DNA from: Eledone cirrhosa
Taxonomy: Eukaryota
NCBI GenBank assembly: GCA_964016885.1
Contig: OZ024756.1
Coordinates: 24,242,001-24,306,000 of the forward strand
DNA length: 64,000 nucleotides
Reading direction: 5' to 3'
Part shown: piece by piece, positions 14,176 to 27,026 of the stretch
Layout: the number at the start of each line of letters is the position of its first letter
How positions within the stretch are numbered: position 1 is the stretch's first letter
Program-made: the position numbers and the translations under genes
Notes under the pieces: generated by a model
What the model was told of the DNA's origin: nothing
Seen by the model: the letters and a program-made list of their open reading frames with translations, nothing else
Database searches by the model: none

Positions 14176-14742
14176 TTAAAGACATCAGAGCAAAAAGAAG
14201 CTGTCCATCGATCCCATACTTTTGCATAACTTCCCACAACAGGACCCGTGGAACGCAGTTGTATACCTTTTCGAAGTCTGAGGTACAAGCTTACTGCTCT
14301 TGGCAATGTTCCAACGGTTTCTCGAAGACTTGCCACAGTGTGAATATTTCGTCGGCTGTGTTGCGTCCGAGGCGAAAACCACGCTGTTCGCCAGTTAGCT
14401 TCGACTCGACAATATCCTTACATCTCTTGCCAGTCACTGAGCATAGACTTTACTGAATTGGGCAGATTTTACGGGCAAAAGCAATCGGCAGAAGATCCTA
14501 AGGTAGACACCGAGAAACATGATTGGATAACATCCATGAGGTCGGCTTGTCTCGGTTTGGGATCTAGCCGGATTAATTGGAGACGGTTGCTTCTGTCAGG
14601 ACTCATTGGAAGTAGTGCTTGAAAACTCTGCCCCCACGACCCTCCTTGGAATAAGAGGGGAAAGAAGAAGAAGAAGAAGAAGAAGAAGAAGAAGAAGAAG
14701 AAGAAGAAGAAGAACAACAACAACAACAACAACAACAACAAG
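14176..14742 (+). mobile_element. RTE-clade LINE fragment with inverted 5' RT piece and (GAA)n tail
   Basis: 14176-14455 minus: QRGFR.GR.T.D.IF.L...DFEK.Y..V.R..LW..M..YGIDG.LL. 14458-14660 plus: C-terminal GR...GR...W.DNI...W..LKTLPPRP, then (GAA)n. Confidence 0.7.
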
Positions 14743-14893
14743 AAACTTTAAGGAGTCGTTAGAACGTCAGATATAATACGCTAAGGTCAATTTCGCCTTT
14801 TATCCTTTTGAGTTCGATAAGTTAAGTACTAGTCTAGTACCTGGATCGGTTCTCTCGCTCTCTCTCTCGCTCTCTCTTTCTCTCTCTCTCTCG

Positions 14894-14954
<61 letters not shown>

Positions 14955-15394
14955 CTTTCCCTCTCTCTCACACACACATTCACTCCCTCTCTCTCTGGAA
15001 GAAATCGGCAATGTTCAAATATGGAGAGGAATGGGCTCCGCTAGTTTTAAAATGCCTACGGTTCTATCAGGAATTACATGTCCATGCATATTTAGGGCTG
15101 CAAAAAGACAACCCGGCCCTTGTAAATCCCCTGTTCAATTTTTGATGATTTCATATATATAACTTTTGTTTTTGCCGCTATCTCTTTTCTCCTTTATTTA
15201 GTTAACTATTAAAAGTCTCTGTGAGCTAATTTCTTTTCTCCTTCATTTTGCCTTCTATTAAAAGTCTCTATGAGCTAGGTTTTCGAATTAAGTATCCAAA
15301 GTATTTTAGTTTTCTCTCTTTGCCAGTGTCTAATAAAAAAATAAAATAAAATAAAAAAAGTGTGTTTTCTTAGTACTTCATCATTGGTTTTGAG

Positions 15395-15610
15395 TCCTGT
15401 CTAAAATATTCTCAAAAGTCTTCTTATATAACCATGTTTAAAAAGTCACCTATATTGAGACCATATCTCAAAAGTCTTCTTTTTTAACCATGTCTGAAAG
15501 GTCTTCTATATAACTATGTGTAAAAGTCTTCTATTTTCAGACCATGTCTAAAAAGATTTTGTCTCAAAAAGCTTTTATGTCTCAAAGTCTTTTATGTCTG
15601 AAAGGCTTCT
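15395..15610. repeat. Degenerate ~20/40-bp minisatellite (ACCATGTCTAAAAAGTCTTCTAT)
   Basis: Repeated unit visible. Confidence 0.65.
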
Positions 15611-16559
15611 AATCTATTTGATAATAATTTTGTTACTGTCAATGTTTTATTAGTTCGATATAGTAGAGTGGGCCACATATAACATTTTAATAATATTTTC
15701 CTAGTTCTGATATTAGTATGTTTGACATATTTTCAAATAATCCCTAGCTGTCTCAGTCCTTCACATTTCCTGTTTATTTTCTTATTGAATATATCTCAGC
15801 TCTATTATCTTTGTTGCCTGTTCAATTAGCTTTCCCTCAATTGTAATATTTATTTTGGCTGAGTGTTGTTTCTTGCTGATTGTCACTGATTTTGTTTTCT
15901 TTACATTCATTTGTCATTTACTGTGATTACAACCTTCTGTAGGTCATCTATGTCAAAAATTAAAAATTAATAAAGCTGTATCAACTGTACATATATGGTA
16001 TAGTTCTATAACTCCTGGTTGAGTCGTAGGGGCGCCGTATGGAATTTTAAAACCTGGCGTTGCCCATCTGAACACAGCAGATTTCTTCCAGAGAAGGATA
16101 GAAGGTGAGAGAGAGGAAGTGGGAAAGGGATATAGAGGAAGAATTGACCCAAATACTAAACTGGTACTTTATTTTATCGACCCCAGGAAGGATGAAAAGC
16201 AAAATTGACCTCGGCTGGATTTGAACTCAGAATGTACAAGAGCCGGAAAGAAATACCGCAATGCTATTTTATCCGACTCGCTAGCGATTCTGCCAATCTG
16301 GCACCTTCAACATGTTAAATATTAAAATATCATGAGCAGATGTTAAGGCTAGACAGGTAAGCTTAGTTAAACAATGCCAGTAAAAAAGAGCAATTAAATC
16401 TGTTTAAATTTACCACCTGATGTCCAATGTTTAAGATTAATCTGACATTATATAAATATGGTGCAATTTAATTATGATATGGAGCAACTTAATAACATAT
16501 TAAAACACTCTATTATTCTTCCAATCAAGTAGGACTTGGTAGCTTCGTAATATATACTA

Positions 16560-17240
16560 TGCATGCATGGTCCCGTGACTCCCGGAGGAGTCGCTGGTGC
16601 GCCGTATTGACATACGACGTTTCTAGCACATTTTTATATCGGGTGGAGCCCGTCTACTCTCCAGGCCTGAATACAGCAGATTTCTTCCAGAGAAGGATAG
16701 AGACTGAGAGAGAGGGATGAAATGAGAAAGAGATATAGAGGAAGAATCAACCTCAGTACTGGACCGGTACTTTTTTTATCGACCTAGAAAGGATGAAAGG
16801 ACAAGTTGACCTCGGCAAGATTTAAACTCAGAGAGCTGAAACAAATACCACAAAGTATTCTATCCGACATTCTAAAAACTGCTAATTCGCCACCTAGTAT
16901 ATACTATATTTTCGCTAAATGTTTAGAAGCCCATACAGTAGCAAAAAAAGGCGATGAATCGGTAGAGTTCCTTAGAACGTTTGTTAAAATACTTCAGGGT
17001 ATTCGTTCCAGTTCTTTGTGACCTGAGTTCAAATCCCACCTTTGGAGGTCAATAAAAAAGTACTAATCTAGTACTGGAGTCAATTTTTCCTCTATGTTTT
17101 CTTTCTCCACCCCCCCTCTCTTTCTCTTGCTTTCTATCCTTCTCTAGAAGAAATCTGCTATGTTCAGACCTAGAGAGGAATGGGCTCCGCCAGGTTTAAA
17201 ATGCCTAAGAAAGGCCCTATACCACTACGGCGTACCTTCG
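16560..17240. mobile_element. Head-to-head pair of composite SINEs (minus 16560-16895, plus 16950-17240)
   Basis: Same family as 8225, in opposite orientations. Confidence 0.65.
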
Positions 17241-17547
17241 CCTCCATCAGAAAATAGCAACAACAACAAAAATAAGCGGCGAATTGACAGACTTATTAGA
17301 ACGTCAGTTAAAATACTTGGCGTTGTTCTTTCTGGTTTCCTATGATCTAAGTTCAATTCCTGCTCAAATCAACTTCGCCTTTCATCTTTTCGGTGTCGAT
17401 AAGTCAAGTACTAAGTAGAGGTGCATGGCCTAGTGGTAAGGGTGTTAGATTTACGATATCTTGCTATCCATTTTAAAAATCTTATTCAGGAGAGATATTT
17501 GAAATATCACTGTAAAATTTTAATTCATTATTTATTTTCTTCTTGGA

Positions 17548-17727
17548 TTGGCAGTATCGGTAGAGAGTCGGACGCCATGCTTTCCAGCATAGTTACGTCC
17601 CTTTGCGGACTGAGTTCAAATCCCGCCGAGGTTAACTTTGCTTTTCATCCTTTTGGGGTCGATAAAATAAAGTACCAGTAATGTACTGGGTATTTGCTGG
17701 CCTTGTGCCAAAAGTAGAAACAATTAT
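17548..17727 (+). mobile_element. Meta-like SINE (young copy)
   Basis: Near-identical to 2317-2494. Confidence 0.85.
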
Positions 17728-18136
17728 TTATTTTCTTCTTGTGATAGAAGTACAGTTATTTCCATATCCAAAACTAAATTATACTGTTGCCTTGGAAAAA
17801 ACACAAACTTAAGCTTGTTAACACTAATAATGGATCTTCCATCGGTTTCGACGGTGAGCATTCAATTGTTCGATCAAATGACGCAACTGCTAGCAAAAAG
17901 AGCAACGAGAAATAAAATGTCTTGCTCAAACACATAATGCATCTCCTGGGCCAGGAATCGAACTCGCAACCTCGCGATTGCGAATCCAATTTTCTAACCA
18001 CTAAGCCACGCGCCTTCAATGATTAAATAAAACAAACCTTTTTTTTTTTTATTCAAAGTGATTAATGTGTTTTAAAACTGAAAGCTTTTTAATAAAACAC
18101 TGTCTTACTTCAGCATACAACTTTTCTGAGCTTCGA

Positions 18137-18315
18137 GGCAGTATCGGTAGAGAGTCGGACGCCATGCTTTCCAGCATAGTTACGTCCCTTTACGGACTGA
18201 GTTCAAATCCCGCCGAGATTAACTTTGCCTTTCATCCTTACGGGGTCGATAAAATAAAGTACCAGTAATGCACTGAGTAATTGCTGACCTTGTGCCAAAA
18301 GTAGAAACAATTATT
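18137..18315 (+). mobile_element. Meta-like SINE (young copy)
   Basis: Near-identical to 2317-2494. Confidence 0.85.
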
Positions 18316-18385
18316 ACAATAAGTTCAAAACTGCCTTGCAAATCAATTCACATATATTTATTAACCATTTTTTTATTCTTCTTAG

Positions 18386-18481
18386 ATAATGAAGAAAAAG
18401 ATGATCAGCAAATGTGTTGCTTAGCTGGCTGTTTAACTGCACTTGTAATTAGTTTCTTGTTCGTCATTGTAGTTCCAGCCG
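18386..18481 (+). CDS. Coding exon 2 of small two-TM protein (DNEEKDDQQMCCLAGCLTALVISFLFVIVVPA)
   Basis: Pyrimidine tract plus TAG acceptor, GTGAGT donor, 96 nt, phase 1/1, non-repetitive, hydrophobic helix. Confidence 0.7.
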
Positions 18482-18809
18482 GTGAGTAAAATCATATACA
18501 CTTAGATTCTACTTTCATCTAGACAAAATTACCAAGTTCTGAGATCAGGGTTAATTTTAACCTTTTTGTTACTAGAAAGAGGGTAAAAGCCCTACTTCGG
18601 TCACCAATGATCATGTATTTTGCACATAGAAAGTTCCCTTCTGAAGTACAAGTCTAGGCATGATGTTTTTGTGAAAGACCAGCAGTCACCCATGCATGCC
18701 AGTCTCCCCTCTCCACGTCACCGATGTTGTCCAAGGGAAATGCAAAGGTCAATAGAACTTGGAAACAGTGACGTAAAAACATATATATATACATTATATA
18801 GATACTAAA

Positions 18810-18998
18810 GGGCGGTGGATTGGCAGTATAGGTAGAGGGTCGGACGCCATGCTTTCCAGCATAGTTACGTCCCTTTACGATCTGAGTTCAAATCCCGCTG
18901 AGGTTGACTTTGCCTTTCATCCTTACGGGGTCGATAAAATAAAGTACCAGTAATGCACTGGGTAATTTCTGGCCTTGTGCCTAAAGTAGAAACAATTA
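18810..18998 (+). mobile_element. Meta-like SINE
   Basis: Near-identical to 2317-2494. Confidence 0.85.
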
Positions 18999-19480
18999 TA
19001 TAGATACTATATATACACTATATATAACTATATATACACTATAAATACAGTATATATGTTGTCCAGGGTAAAGGCAAAGGCTGATACAGTTTGACACTAG
19101 TGACCTTGCAACTCATTTCTACAGCTGAGTGGATTAAAGTAACGTGAAATAAAGTGGTGTCTTACTCAAGGACACAACGCACCGCCCGGTCTGGGAATTG
19201 AATTCACAACCGCACGATTGTTAGGCCAACGCTTTAACCATTAAGCCATGCACGCTCACATTTGTTACGTGGCAGTACCGGTAGAGCGTCGGACAACATG
19301 CTTTACGGAATATAGCTACGTCCCTTTATGTTCTGAGTTTAAATCCCGACGAGGTTAGCTTTGCCTTTCATCCTTATGGGGTCGATAAAACAAAGCAGGC
19401 GGTAATGTACTGGAGTCGATTTAATCGACTTTCCCCTTCCCCCAAAATTGCTGGCCTAATGTAGAAACAATTATTATTAT

Positions 19481-19658
19481 TATTTGTCAGCCCTTGTGGC
19501 CAATAAAGAAATCATTATTATTATTATTATTATTGTTATTTTTTTTATTACATCCTCTGTTTTTTTACACGCAGAAATGCCCATTTGTACCGTCCTGTAT
19601 TGTCCTGTACTGTCCTTAATCTCTACTTTTTGTAAGCCCTTTGTGGTTAATAAAGAAA

Positions 19659-19696
<38 letters not shown>
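19481..19696 (+). mobile_element. Two stacked 5'-truncated Tx1-like LINE 3' ends with (ATT)n tails
   Basis: Match the reverse complement of 11041-11150; each is preceded and followed by (ATT)n. Confidence 0.8.
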
Positions 19697-19707
19697 TACC
19701 TTTGCAG

Positions 19708-19904
19708 GTCTGTTACTGATCGTGTACGGGAAAAATACGAGAAAATCTGAAATACTGGCCATTGGAATTGTTTTAGTCATCTTACCAATATTGTTTCTAG
19801 GAATATTCGCAGTGTATATTCAAATACGGAGAAGTCAGTTAGTTCATTCGGAATCAACAGGGACATTAACAGACTCTAGAAGTGAGGAACAAAGAAACTT
19901 ATAA
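19708..19904 (+). CDS. Terminal coding exon 3 of small two-TM protein (GLLLIVYGKNTRKSEILAIGIVLVILPILFLGIFAVYIQIRRS...RNL*)
   Basis: TTTGCAG acceptor, phase 1 matches the exon-2 donor; second TM helix followed by basic residues; TAA stop. Confidence 0.7.
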
Positions 19905-21140
19905 TGATATTTTGTACAGAACATTATAGGGCAAAAGGACTTATAATGAATGTTTGTACAGAACATCGGAAAAAAGTGAAATTATTATGTTAGACAATGT
20001 TGGGTTTTTCTGATTCTTCGTTCTTTCTTTTGTTCCGTAACTCCTAAGGGAGTCGTAGGGGTGCCGTATTGACATACGGCATTTCTAGGGCACTTTTTAA
20101 ACCTGGCGAAGCCCATCTCCTCTCCATGTCTAAATACAGCAGATTTCTTCAAGAGAAAGAGAGAGAGTGTGTGTACGTAAGAGAATGGAAGTGGGAAAGA
20201 GATATAGAGGAAGAATAGACCCCAGTACTTGACTGCTACTTATTTTATCGAACCCTAATGGATGAAAGTTTCATTCTTTAATGTTCAACAACTTTCATGG
20301 GAAGAATTATTTATTCAATCAAGCTATCTTTCCATTAAGTTCCATCATTAATGTCTTGTGAATTGACAGTATCAGTAGAGGGTTGGACGCCATGCTTTCT
20401 AGCATAGTTACGTCCCTTTACAGTCTGAGTTCAAATCCCGTCGAGGTTAACTTTGCCTTTCATCCTTATGGGGTCGATAAAATAAAGTACCAGTAATGTA
20501 CTGGGTAATTGCTGGCCTTGTGCCAAAAGTAGAAACAATTAATGTCTTGAACTGTATGTATGACAATTTTAAGATTCTAAAGAATATGTAAAAATAAAAA
20601 TTCAAATATTTTTCGTCAATTCTATTTAAAATAGTTTTCTCGTTTTATCACAAATTGGATTGCTCGTAGTGAGCGCTGGCCATTTTTTATCCTATATGCA
20701 GGCATTTTACACGATTTTCTAAGCTATCATTTATAGCAACCAACTGTGTTTACAGTCATTTTCTTCGTCTGAGTTTCCTACATTTTCTCTATACATATAT
20801 ATAGGTCTGTTTTCTGACTCGCTCATATATTCACACAGCTTATGCTGAAAGAATAACTATGTTGCTTGTGTTTATTTCCATCTTCGGTTAGCTTCCCCCT
20901 GTGTTGTTTACTTGTCTCACTCGCTTTACGCGTTTCTATTGTCCTAATAACTTATTTTAGTTATTAACGCTCCAACGTGAGGTATATGATTTTTAATGCG
21001 ATGAAATACCCATGATCGTTTGGTAAATCACTGATGAGGGACTCATTTTATAACATGTTATCCATGTGCAACCAGCAGTATTCTTCTCACCCATATTTTC
21101 ATATATATATATATATGTGTGTGTGTATGTATGTGTGTAG

Positions 21141-21187
<47 letters not shown>

Positions 21188-21189
<2 letters not shown>

Positions 21190-21345
21190 AAGACAGAGAG
21201 ATAGAGAGTCTGTGGTGCTGTGACCAGGGATACTACCTAACATTGGAGTACTCAATGCATGGGGGAGATACAGAGTGGATATAGAGATATGTAAAACCCG
21301 ACCGCGGCGCCAAGCTGTTTCAGTTTGTGTATTCAACAAGCTGCT
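21188..21345 (-). mobile_element. Family C Penelope-like pLTR remnant (degenerate hammerhead)
   Basis: GAAAC-AGC-TTGGCGCC-GCG-GTC, then the shared bulged stem-loop ACTC-TGTAT..ATGCA-TT-GAGT; abuts (TA)n. Confidence 0.5.
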
Positions 21346-21410
21346 TAATCAAGGGTGTATGTATGTGTGTATATATTATATATAATATGAATAATGATAT
21401 ATATATATAT

Positions 21411-21593
21411 ACGTTATTCCGGGTTGAGTCGGAGGTAACCACAGTAAGTAAGGTACTCAATACATTGCAGAGTATAAAAGTTTAGATATAGATGAGATTC
21501 TACAGGACTATAACTGTTTCATTCTTTAGAAATCATCAGGAATCTCCTCATGATTTCTAAAGAATGAAACAGTTCTAGTCCTGTAGAATCTCA

Positions 21594-21600
<7 letters not shown>
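21411..21600 (-). mobile_element. Fold-back element family B, copy B1
   Basis: 56-bp arms (21486-21541 / 21545-21600, 2 mismatches) plus a unique tail homologous to 62713-62845; in (TA)n. Confidence 0.75.
21494..21546 (-). ncRNA. Type I (minimal) hammerhead ribozyme
   Basis: GAGATTC-CTGATGA-TTTCTAAAGAAT-GAAA-CAG-TTATAGTC-CTG-TA/GAATCTC: intact core, 7-bp stem I, stem III, GUA cleavage triplet; stem II is weak. Confidence 0.65.
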
Positions 21601-21636
<36 letters not shown>

Positions 21637-22582
21637 AACAGGACAAAGACAACAGAAAAAAACAATGGAAAGACAGATAGTCCTATCTCCTCAGTCAACC
21701 TCTGGAAATCACTATGGTTTCGGTATATTTAGGTTGGTACTATGCATTCCAGTGCACACTAGGACATCAAAAAACAGGTAGAGAAAAGTTATGCCTTTGG
21801 GCGAATTACATACACATAGAAGAAAAAAAGAAAAAAGCATCCCAAGTGTATCAACAGACAAAGAAGAGAGAGAACGGTGCTCGAGGGCTTAGCCAAAGGA
21901 ATATATATATAGAGAGAGAGGGGGGGGGTATGAGAATAATAAAAAAATAACATTGTAAGGGAAGTAACTCGTAGCCATTGAACATGTTTACAGTCAGAGA
22001 TTGTATTATTACAACTTTTATAGATTTTCGTGCTTCTATCAAACATTCAGAAAAACTAACGAAATGTGAAGTTTCGAACTATGTAATACGCTATATATTC
22101 CTTTTTTTTTTTTCTACTAAAGAAATACCACGAGTTATTTCCCTTGAATTGTTGTTTTTATGCAATTATACACAATTGTCAATATTTTTGTTTATGTATA
22201 TATCCGTATGTAGTTGATGGCTAAGAGAAAAGAGTACTCAATACCGAAATAGAGCTTAAATATTCATTTTATTAAAGCTAAATAATGAGTCTTGTTACTC
22301 ATATACGGTAGTAGACGTTTTTTCTTGAACAATAAATTGCTGACTATTCCCTATAGAACATCTGTGTAATGTAATCACTATCAACATTTTTATCGACCAA
22401 ATATTTCTATTGTGTTTCTATTTAGCGTAAGCAGGTGAGTTCGAACGATTGACGATCAATTACACGAAACATAATTCCTTTTTCTGAAAAATGTTTGACC
22501 GTGGGATTATGTCTTAACCAATAATTGATTTGAACAATTATTTCATACCAGAGACGTGTATCAATTGTCATGAATAATGATT

Positions 22583-23055
22583 TCTACTATAGGCACAAGG
22601 CCAGCAATTTTGGTAGAGGGGAAAGTCGATTAAATCGACCCCAATGCATTACTGGTACTTTATTTTATCGACCCCATAAGGATGAAAGGCAAAGCTGACT
22701 TGGGAGGGATTTGAAATCAGATCATAAAGGGGCGTAACTCTATGTTATAAAGCACGTTGTCCGGCGTTCTATAGATACTGCTCATCCATAATGGAATACT
22801 TCCATGTATTATTTGAAGTGATAAAAAAGGGTGGTGGATTGGGTGTAATCGGTAGAACGTCGGACAACAGGCTTTGCTGCGTATAATTACCAGCCCTTTA
22901 CTTTCTGAGTTCAAAGCCTGCCGAGGTTAGCTTTACCTTTCATACTTACGGGGTCGATAAAATAAAATACCATTAATGCACTGAGGTCGATTTAATCGAC
23001 TTTCCCCTTACCCCCAAAATTGTTGGCCTTGTGCCTAAATCACAAACCTTTATTA
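22583..23055. mobile_element. Divergently oriented pair of Meta-like SINEs (minus 22583-22785, plus 22830-23055)
   Basis: Family homology on both strands. Confidence 0.75.
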
Positions 23056-23599
23056 CTGTTGAAATCGATAAAATAAAGTACCAGTAGCGCAGTGAGGGTT
23101 ATTTAGTCGACATTCACGTCCTCCCTCCTCACCACAAATAGGCCTTGCGTTTAATCACAAACCCTTATTTACATTATATAAAAATATTCATAAAACTTAT
23201 TTTTCTTTCTTTCTTTTTTCTTGTTTGTCCACGAAGAAGGCTTTAACGAATTCGACTGTTAAATGTTTTCGGCTTAAGTGTGAAACAAGAACGCCCTCCG
23301 ATCCCCTTCCAAAAAAAAAGATAAATAAATAAATAAACAAATTACAAAAAGAATAAGACTGCTTACACTTATAAACAAATACTATTTACATTTGAAATCT
23401 GTACCATGTGAATGAACTCATAAAAACTTTCTCAGGGCAAGGGAGATAATTTCAGGTGTGTTGTTTTCATCACTTTCTCTAATACATAAAAATAATCATT
23501 AAATGCAAATTTCGTTATTAAGTACAACACCAAATCCAAAATATATAGGACTATGTGAAAAAATGATCGAGTGTCTCAAGGAAGCATACGCAGTAAATG

Positions 23600-24075
23600 G
23601 AGTTCCACTGAAACAGGTGAAGAAGTTCAAGCATTTCGGGACCGTGTTCACGAATTTATGGAATTAAGTGTAAGACTTTCAGGAGCTGGTGCAGTAATGC
23701 TCCAACTTCAGCATTCGATAATCAGAAGAAGGAAGGTAGGTGTAAAAGCCAAACTTACTATCTTCAGTTCGGTATCAGTGCCAACCCTTACCTATGTTTA
23801 TGAATCTTGGATAATGACCAAAATAATACGATCGCGAATACAAGCGACCGAAATGGGGTTCCCCCGAAGGGTCTTTGGGGTAACGTTACTTGATAGAGTG
23901 CGTAGCTCGGAGATAAGAGAGTCGCTCCAGGTAGAGCTGCTACTTCTCCGAAATGGGGGTTCCTCCGAAGGTTCTTTGGGGTAACGTTACTTGATAGAGT
24001 GCGTAGCTCGGAGATAAGAGAGTCGCTTCAGGTAGAACTACTTCTTCTCCGAATTGATAGATCACAGCTCCGATA
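23600..24075 (+). mobile_element. RTE-clade LINE remnant with internal 100-bp tandem duplication
   Basis: KAKLTIF..V..PTLTY..ESW..T.....RIQATEM.F.RRV.GVT..DRVRSSEIRESL; 23848-23947 is duplicated at 23948-24048. Confidence 0.85.
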
Positions 24076-24169
24076 GCTAAACATAGTCAATATATGATGG
24101 ATTAATCACCGGGCTTACATGATGTACTCTACACACTCCATTTTTACATGCTATACTGTTTGCTGCGGC

Positions 24170-24960
24170 CTTAGCAGCTATCTACTCCTGTTGGCAGAAG
24201 ACTAGGAACATTTCCAGTTGTGTGAGATGGAGAGTGTTCATTCTAGACCATTCCAAAACTTTCGGCGTGTTTGACCATCGCTACTTAAATGTTGTCCTGA
24301 GAGTAGCCGATTCCTAGATTGCTACAATATACCACAGTATTCGTTTGGTGGTCAATCTAAACGGCCAACTCTAGGAAGGTTTTTTTTGCATCTCACTTTC
24401 GGTCCGTTAGAGGCATCCTTTTACCTCCCTCCTCTGTGTTAACGTTGTAGCTATTGTTGCGGTTAAGAAGAAGTCTTAATGTCAACAAGGACAGTCTTAA
24501 CAGACTTTTCTGCGAGACTTTTAAATCAGGGATCTTGGACAATTACCAAAAGTCCTTGACCTGCTATTACCACAGGTCAGGAGAGCATTGCCTGTCCGAG
24601 ACAAGTTCTTCGGATACGGAAGCGCCAACAACCAAACCTATCCGAGATGCATGCTATCATCCAGTGTCCGTGCATTGTAGACATGAATTTATGTCAGACA
24701 ATTATTATTTTCACAGATTCGGCTATCCACCGATTTTACTGTAAAAATCGACCGGCCACCTTTCTTTGACAAAGAAGACCAATGAGGTTTTCTCTGTCTG
24801 GTGGCTATTATGAAAGTCATGTGGTGGAACACCGTCACGGGTGTGAAGACAGAGAAGTTCCTGTTTAACCAAGTTCTCATCGACTTCTTCAAGTACTGCT
24901 TGAAGAGAAAGGGAAGGGTAAAGAAGGGGATACTGTCAGGAGTGATACTAACTAATAAAG
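24170..24960 (+). mobile_element. Old degraded Tx1-like LINE fragment
   Basis: LDNYQKSL..., GALPVRDK (shifted frame), LIDFFKYCLKRK resemble the 11287-12369 ORF. Confidence 0.65.
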
Positions 24961-25160
24961 AGACTGTTGAAGGCAAGAGGTGTGTTTTCACTGCTTAGCT
25001 AATGTGACACTAACAAACTGTTGAGGGCTGAGGGCCAGAGGTATGTTTTCATTGCTCAGCTAAGATGACAATGACTAACTGACTGCTGTCGGCCAGATGT
25101 GTGTTTTCACTGGTCAGCCAAGGTGATACTTACTAACAGACTGCTGAGGGTCAGACAATA
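24950..25160. repeat. ~55-60-bp tandem repeat, 3-4 copies
   Basis: ACTAAC..ACTGYTGAGGGCCAGAGGTGTGTTTTCACTGCTCAGCTAAG recurs. Confidence 0.7.
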
Positions 25161-25455
25161 TAAACAAGGTGTTTGAAATAGTAAATTCGTGTAGAATTAT
25201 CGTGATTCTCATCCAACTAATTTACTGCCAACTTAGGGATATATTTCCCGTGATACGTGTATACTTCCGGTATTGATATAAAAGGAAAACAAACAAAAAA
25301 ATGAGGAAATAGAATCGATTGCATTAATGCAATTTAATCAATACAGTTACTTTATTGATCATAGAAATAAAAGGAGGCGGCATTCTTAGTGGGTTTTGAA
25401 TTTGGGAGGAAAACTATACTGTCAATCTGTCAATGTAAAGTTTCAGCCACCCCCT

Positions 25456-25601
<146 letters not shown>

Positions 25602-25616
25602 CACACACAGATATAT

Positions 25617-27026
25617 ACTACTTTGACGCTAAACTCCGCCAGTTGCAGACTGCGCATCAACACGAGATATTCTTCTCCACAAAGTTCGATCACTAACAGC
25701 AGAGTTTAAAGAGCAAAGATCAAGTCCAGTCCATAAATTGACATTATCAAGCCATCGTTTTGGCTGCCGGCCTCTGCTTTTTTTTTACCAGCCAACCTTC
25801 CTTCCAGGTATAACCTACTCACACCACGAGTTGATCTTTTTATATGACCGTATAATTTGAGTACTCTTGACTTGACAATTGATGTAATTGGTCTAAGTCT
25901 GGTAATATTGAGCAGCTCACTGATACAGATACGGTCGCTGAGCCGCTTGCCAGTCATAGGTCTCATTATATGGTTCTGGAATATAAAGATCTTCTGAAGT
26001 GACCTTGTCGTCCAATTAACACAGTCAAGGCCATATAACACAAACGGTAGGATGAAAGTATCGAAGATCTTAGCATTCAAATGATAGGAAACTCGTTTTG
26101 ATGTTAGTACTTCCTTGTTCTTGATGAAAGCTGCTCAATCTAGAGCGATGCGATACTGCGCAGCAACCATTCCATTGTTGTTTGATGATAGTTTGTGACC
26201 GAGATATGCAAGCTCCATAACTTGAGCAATTTGCTGGTTGTAGATCGTGTGTTGGAAACTGGTATTGTTTTTATCAGTTGTCATACACTTTGTTTTGGAA
26301 ATGTTGATATGTAAGCCAGCCTCCAGCGAATGTTTAGCCAGTACATTCAGAAAGTCTTGCAGATCAGTTCTAGAGTAACTCATGATGGCCAGATCGTCTG
26401 CATAGCTAAAATTTGATAGGATTTTACCTCCTATTTGATAGCCAAAGCTGGAGGTGAGTCAATTATCAAAGTACAACTGCTTTTTAACTATATTATCACT
26501 ACAGGGAAAATCCCAGACATGTTCAAGAAAGCATTAATAGTTGTACTCTACAAAAAAGGTAGCAGACTTGATTGTGGGAACTATCGTCCTATCAGCCTAT
26601 TGAGTCACGTTTACAAGCGTTTCATGAGTATCATTGCTGCATGAGTGAAGTCGGGCCTTTACGCCTCATTTCCTGAAACACAAGCTGCGTATAAACCATT
26701 GAGCCGATCCTAACTATTGAACAAATCATTGAGAAATCAATAGAATTCAACAACCCTGTGCACATCACCTTCATTGACTTCACAAAAGCTATTGACAACG
26801 TGAAATTATGCAGCTTGTGGCAACTCTTAAACAAGACCTCAATTAACAAAAAATACATCAACCTACCGAAAGAAACTTACTCCAACTCAACAACATTTAT
26901 CAAAACAGATTTGGGGACTACACAGTGTATAGACATCTTGAAGGGAGTTAAGCAGGGAGATGTACTATCAGCTCTTCTTTTCTGTGTAGTTATAGCTGCA
27001 CCTATCTACCAAAATGAAGAAGAAAA
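25617..27026 (-). mobile_element. RTE-like LINE, 5'-truncated, with inverted 5' segment (26435-27026 on +)
   Basis: Minus part: IGGKILSNFSYADD...GLHINISKTK...YG.DC...LYGHI. Plus part: LYKKG...CGNYRPISLLS...FIDFTKA.D.V...GVKQGDVLS.LF. Confidence 0.9.

Noticed and set aside
21029-21100. CTGATGAGGGACTC as a hammerhead core
   Set aside because: No downstream GAAA or stem III; at most a deleted remnant.
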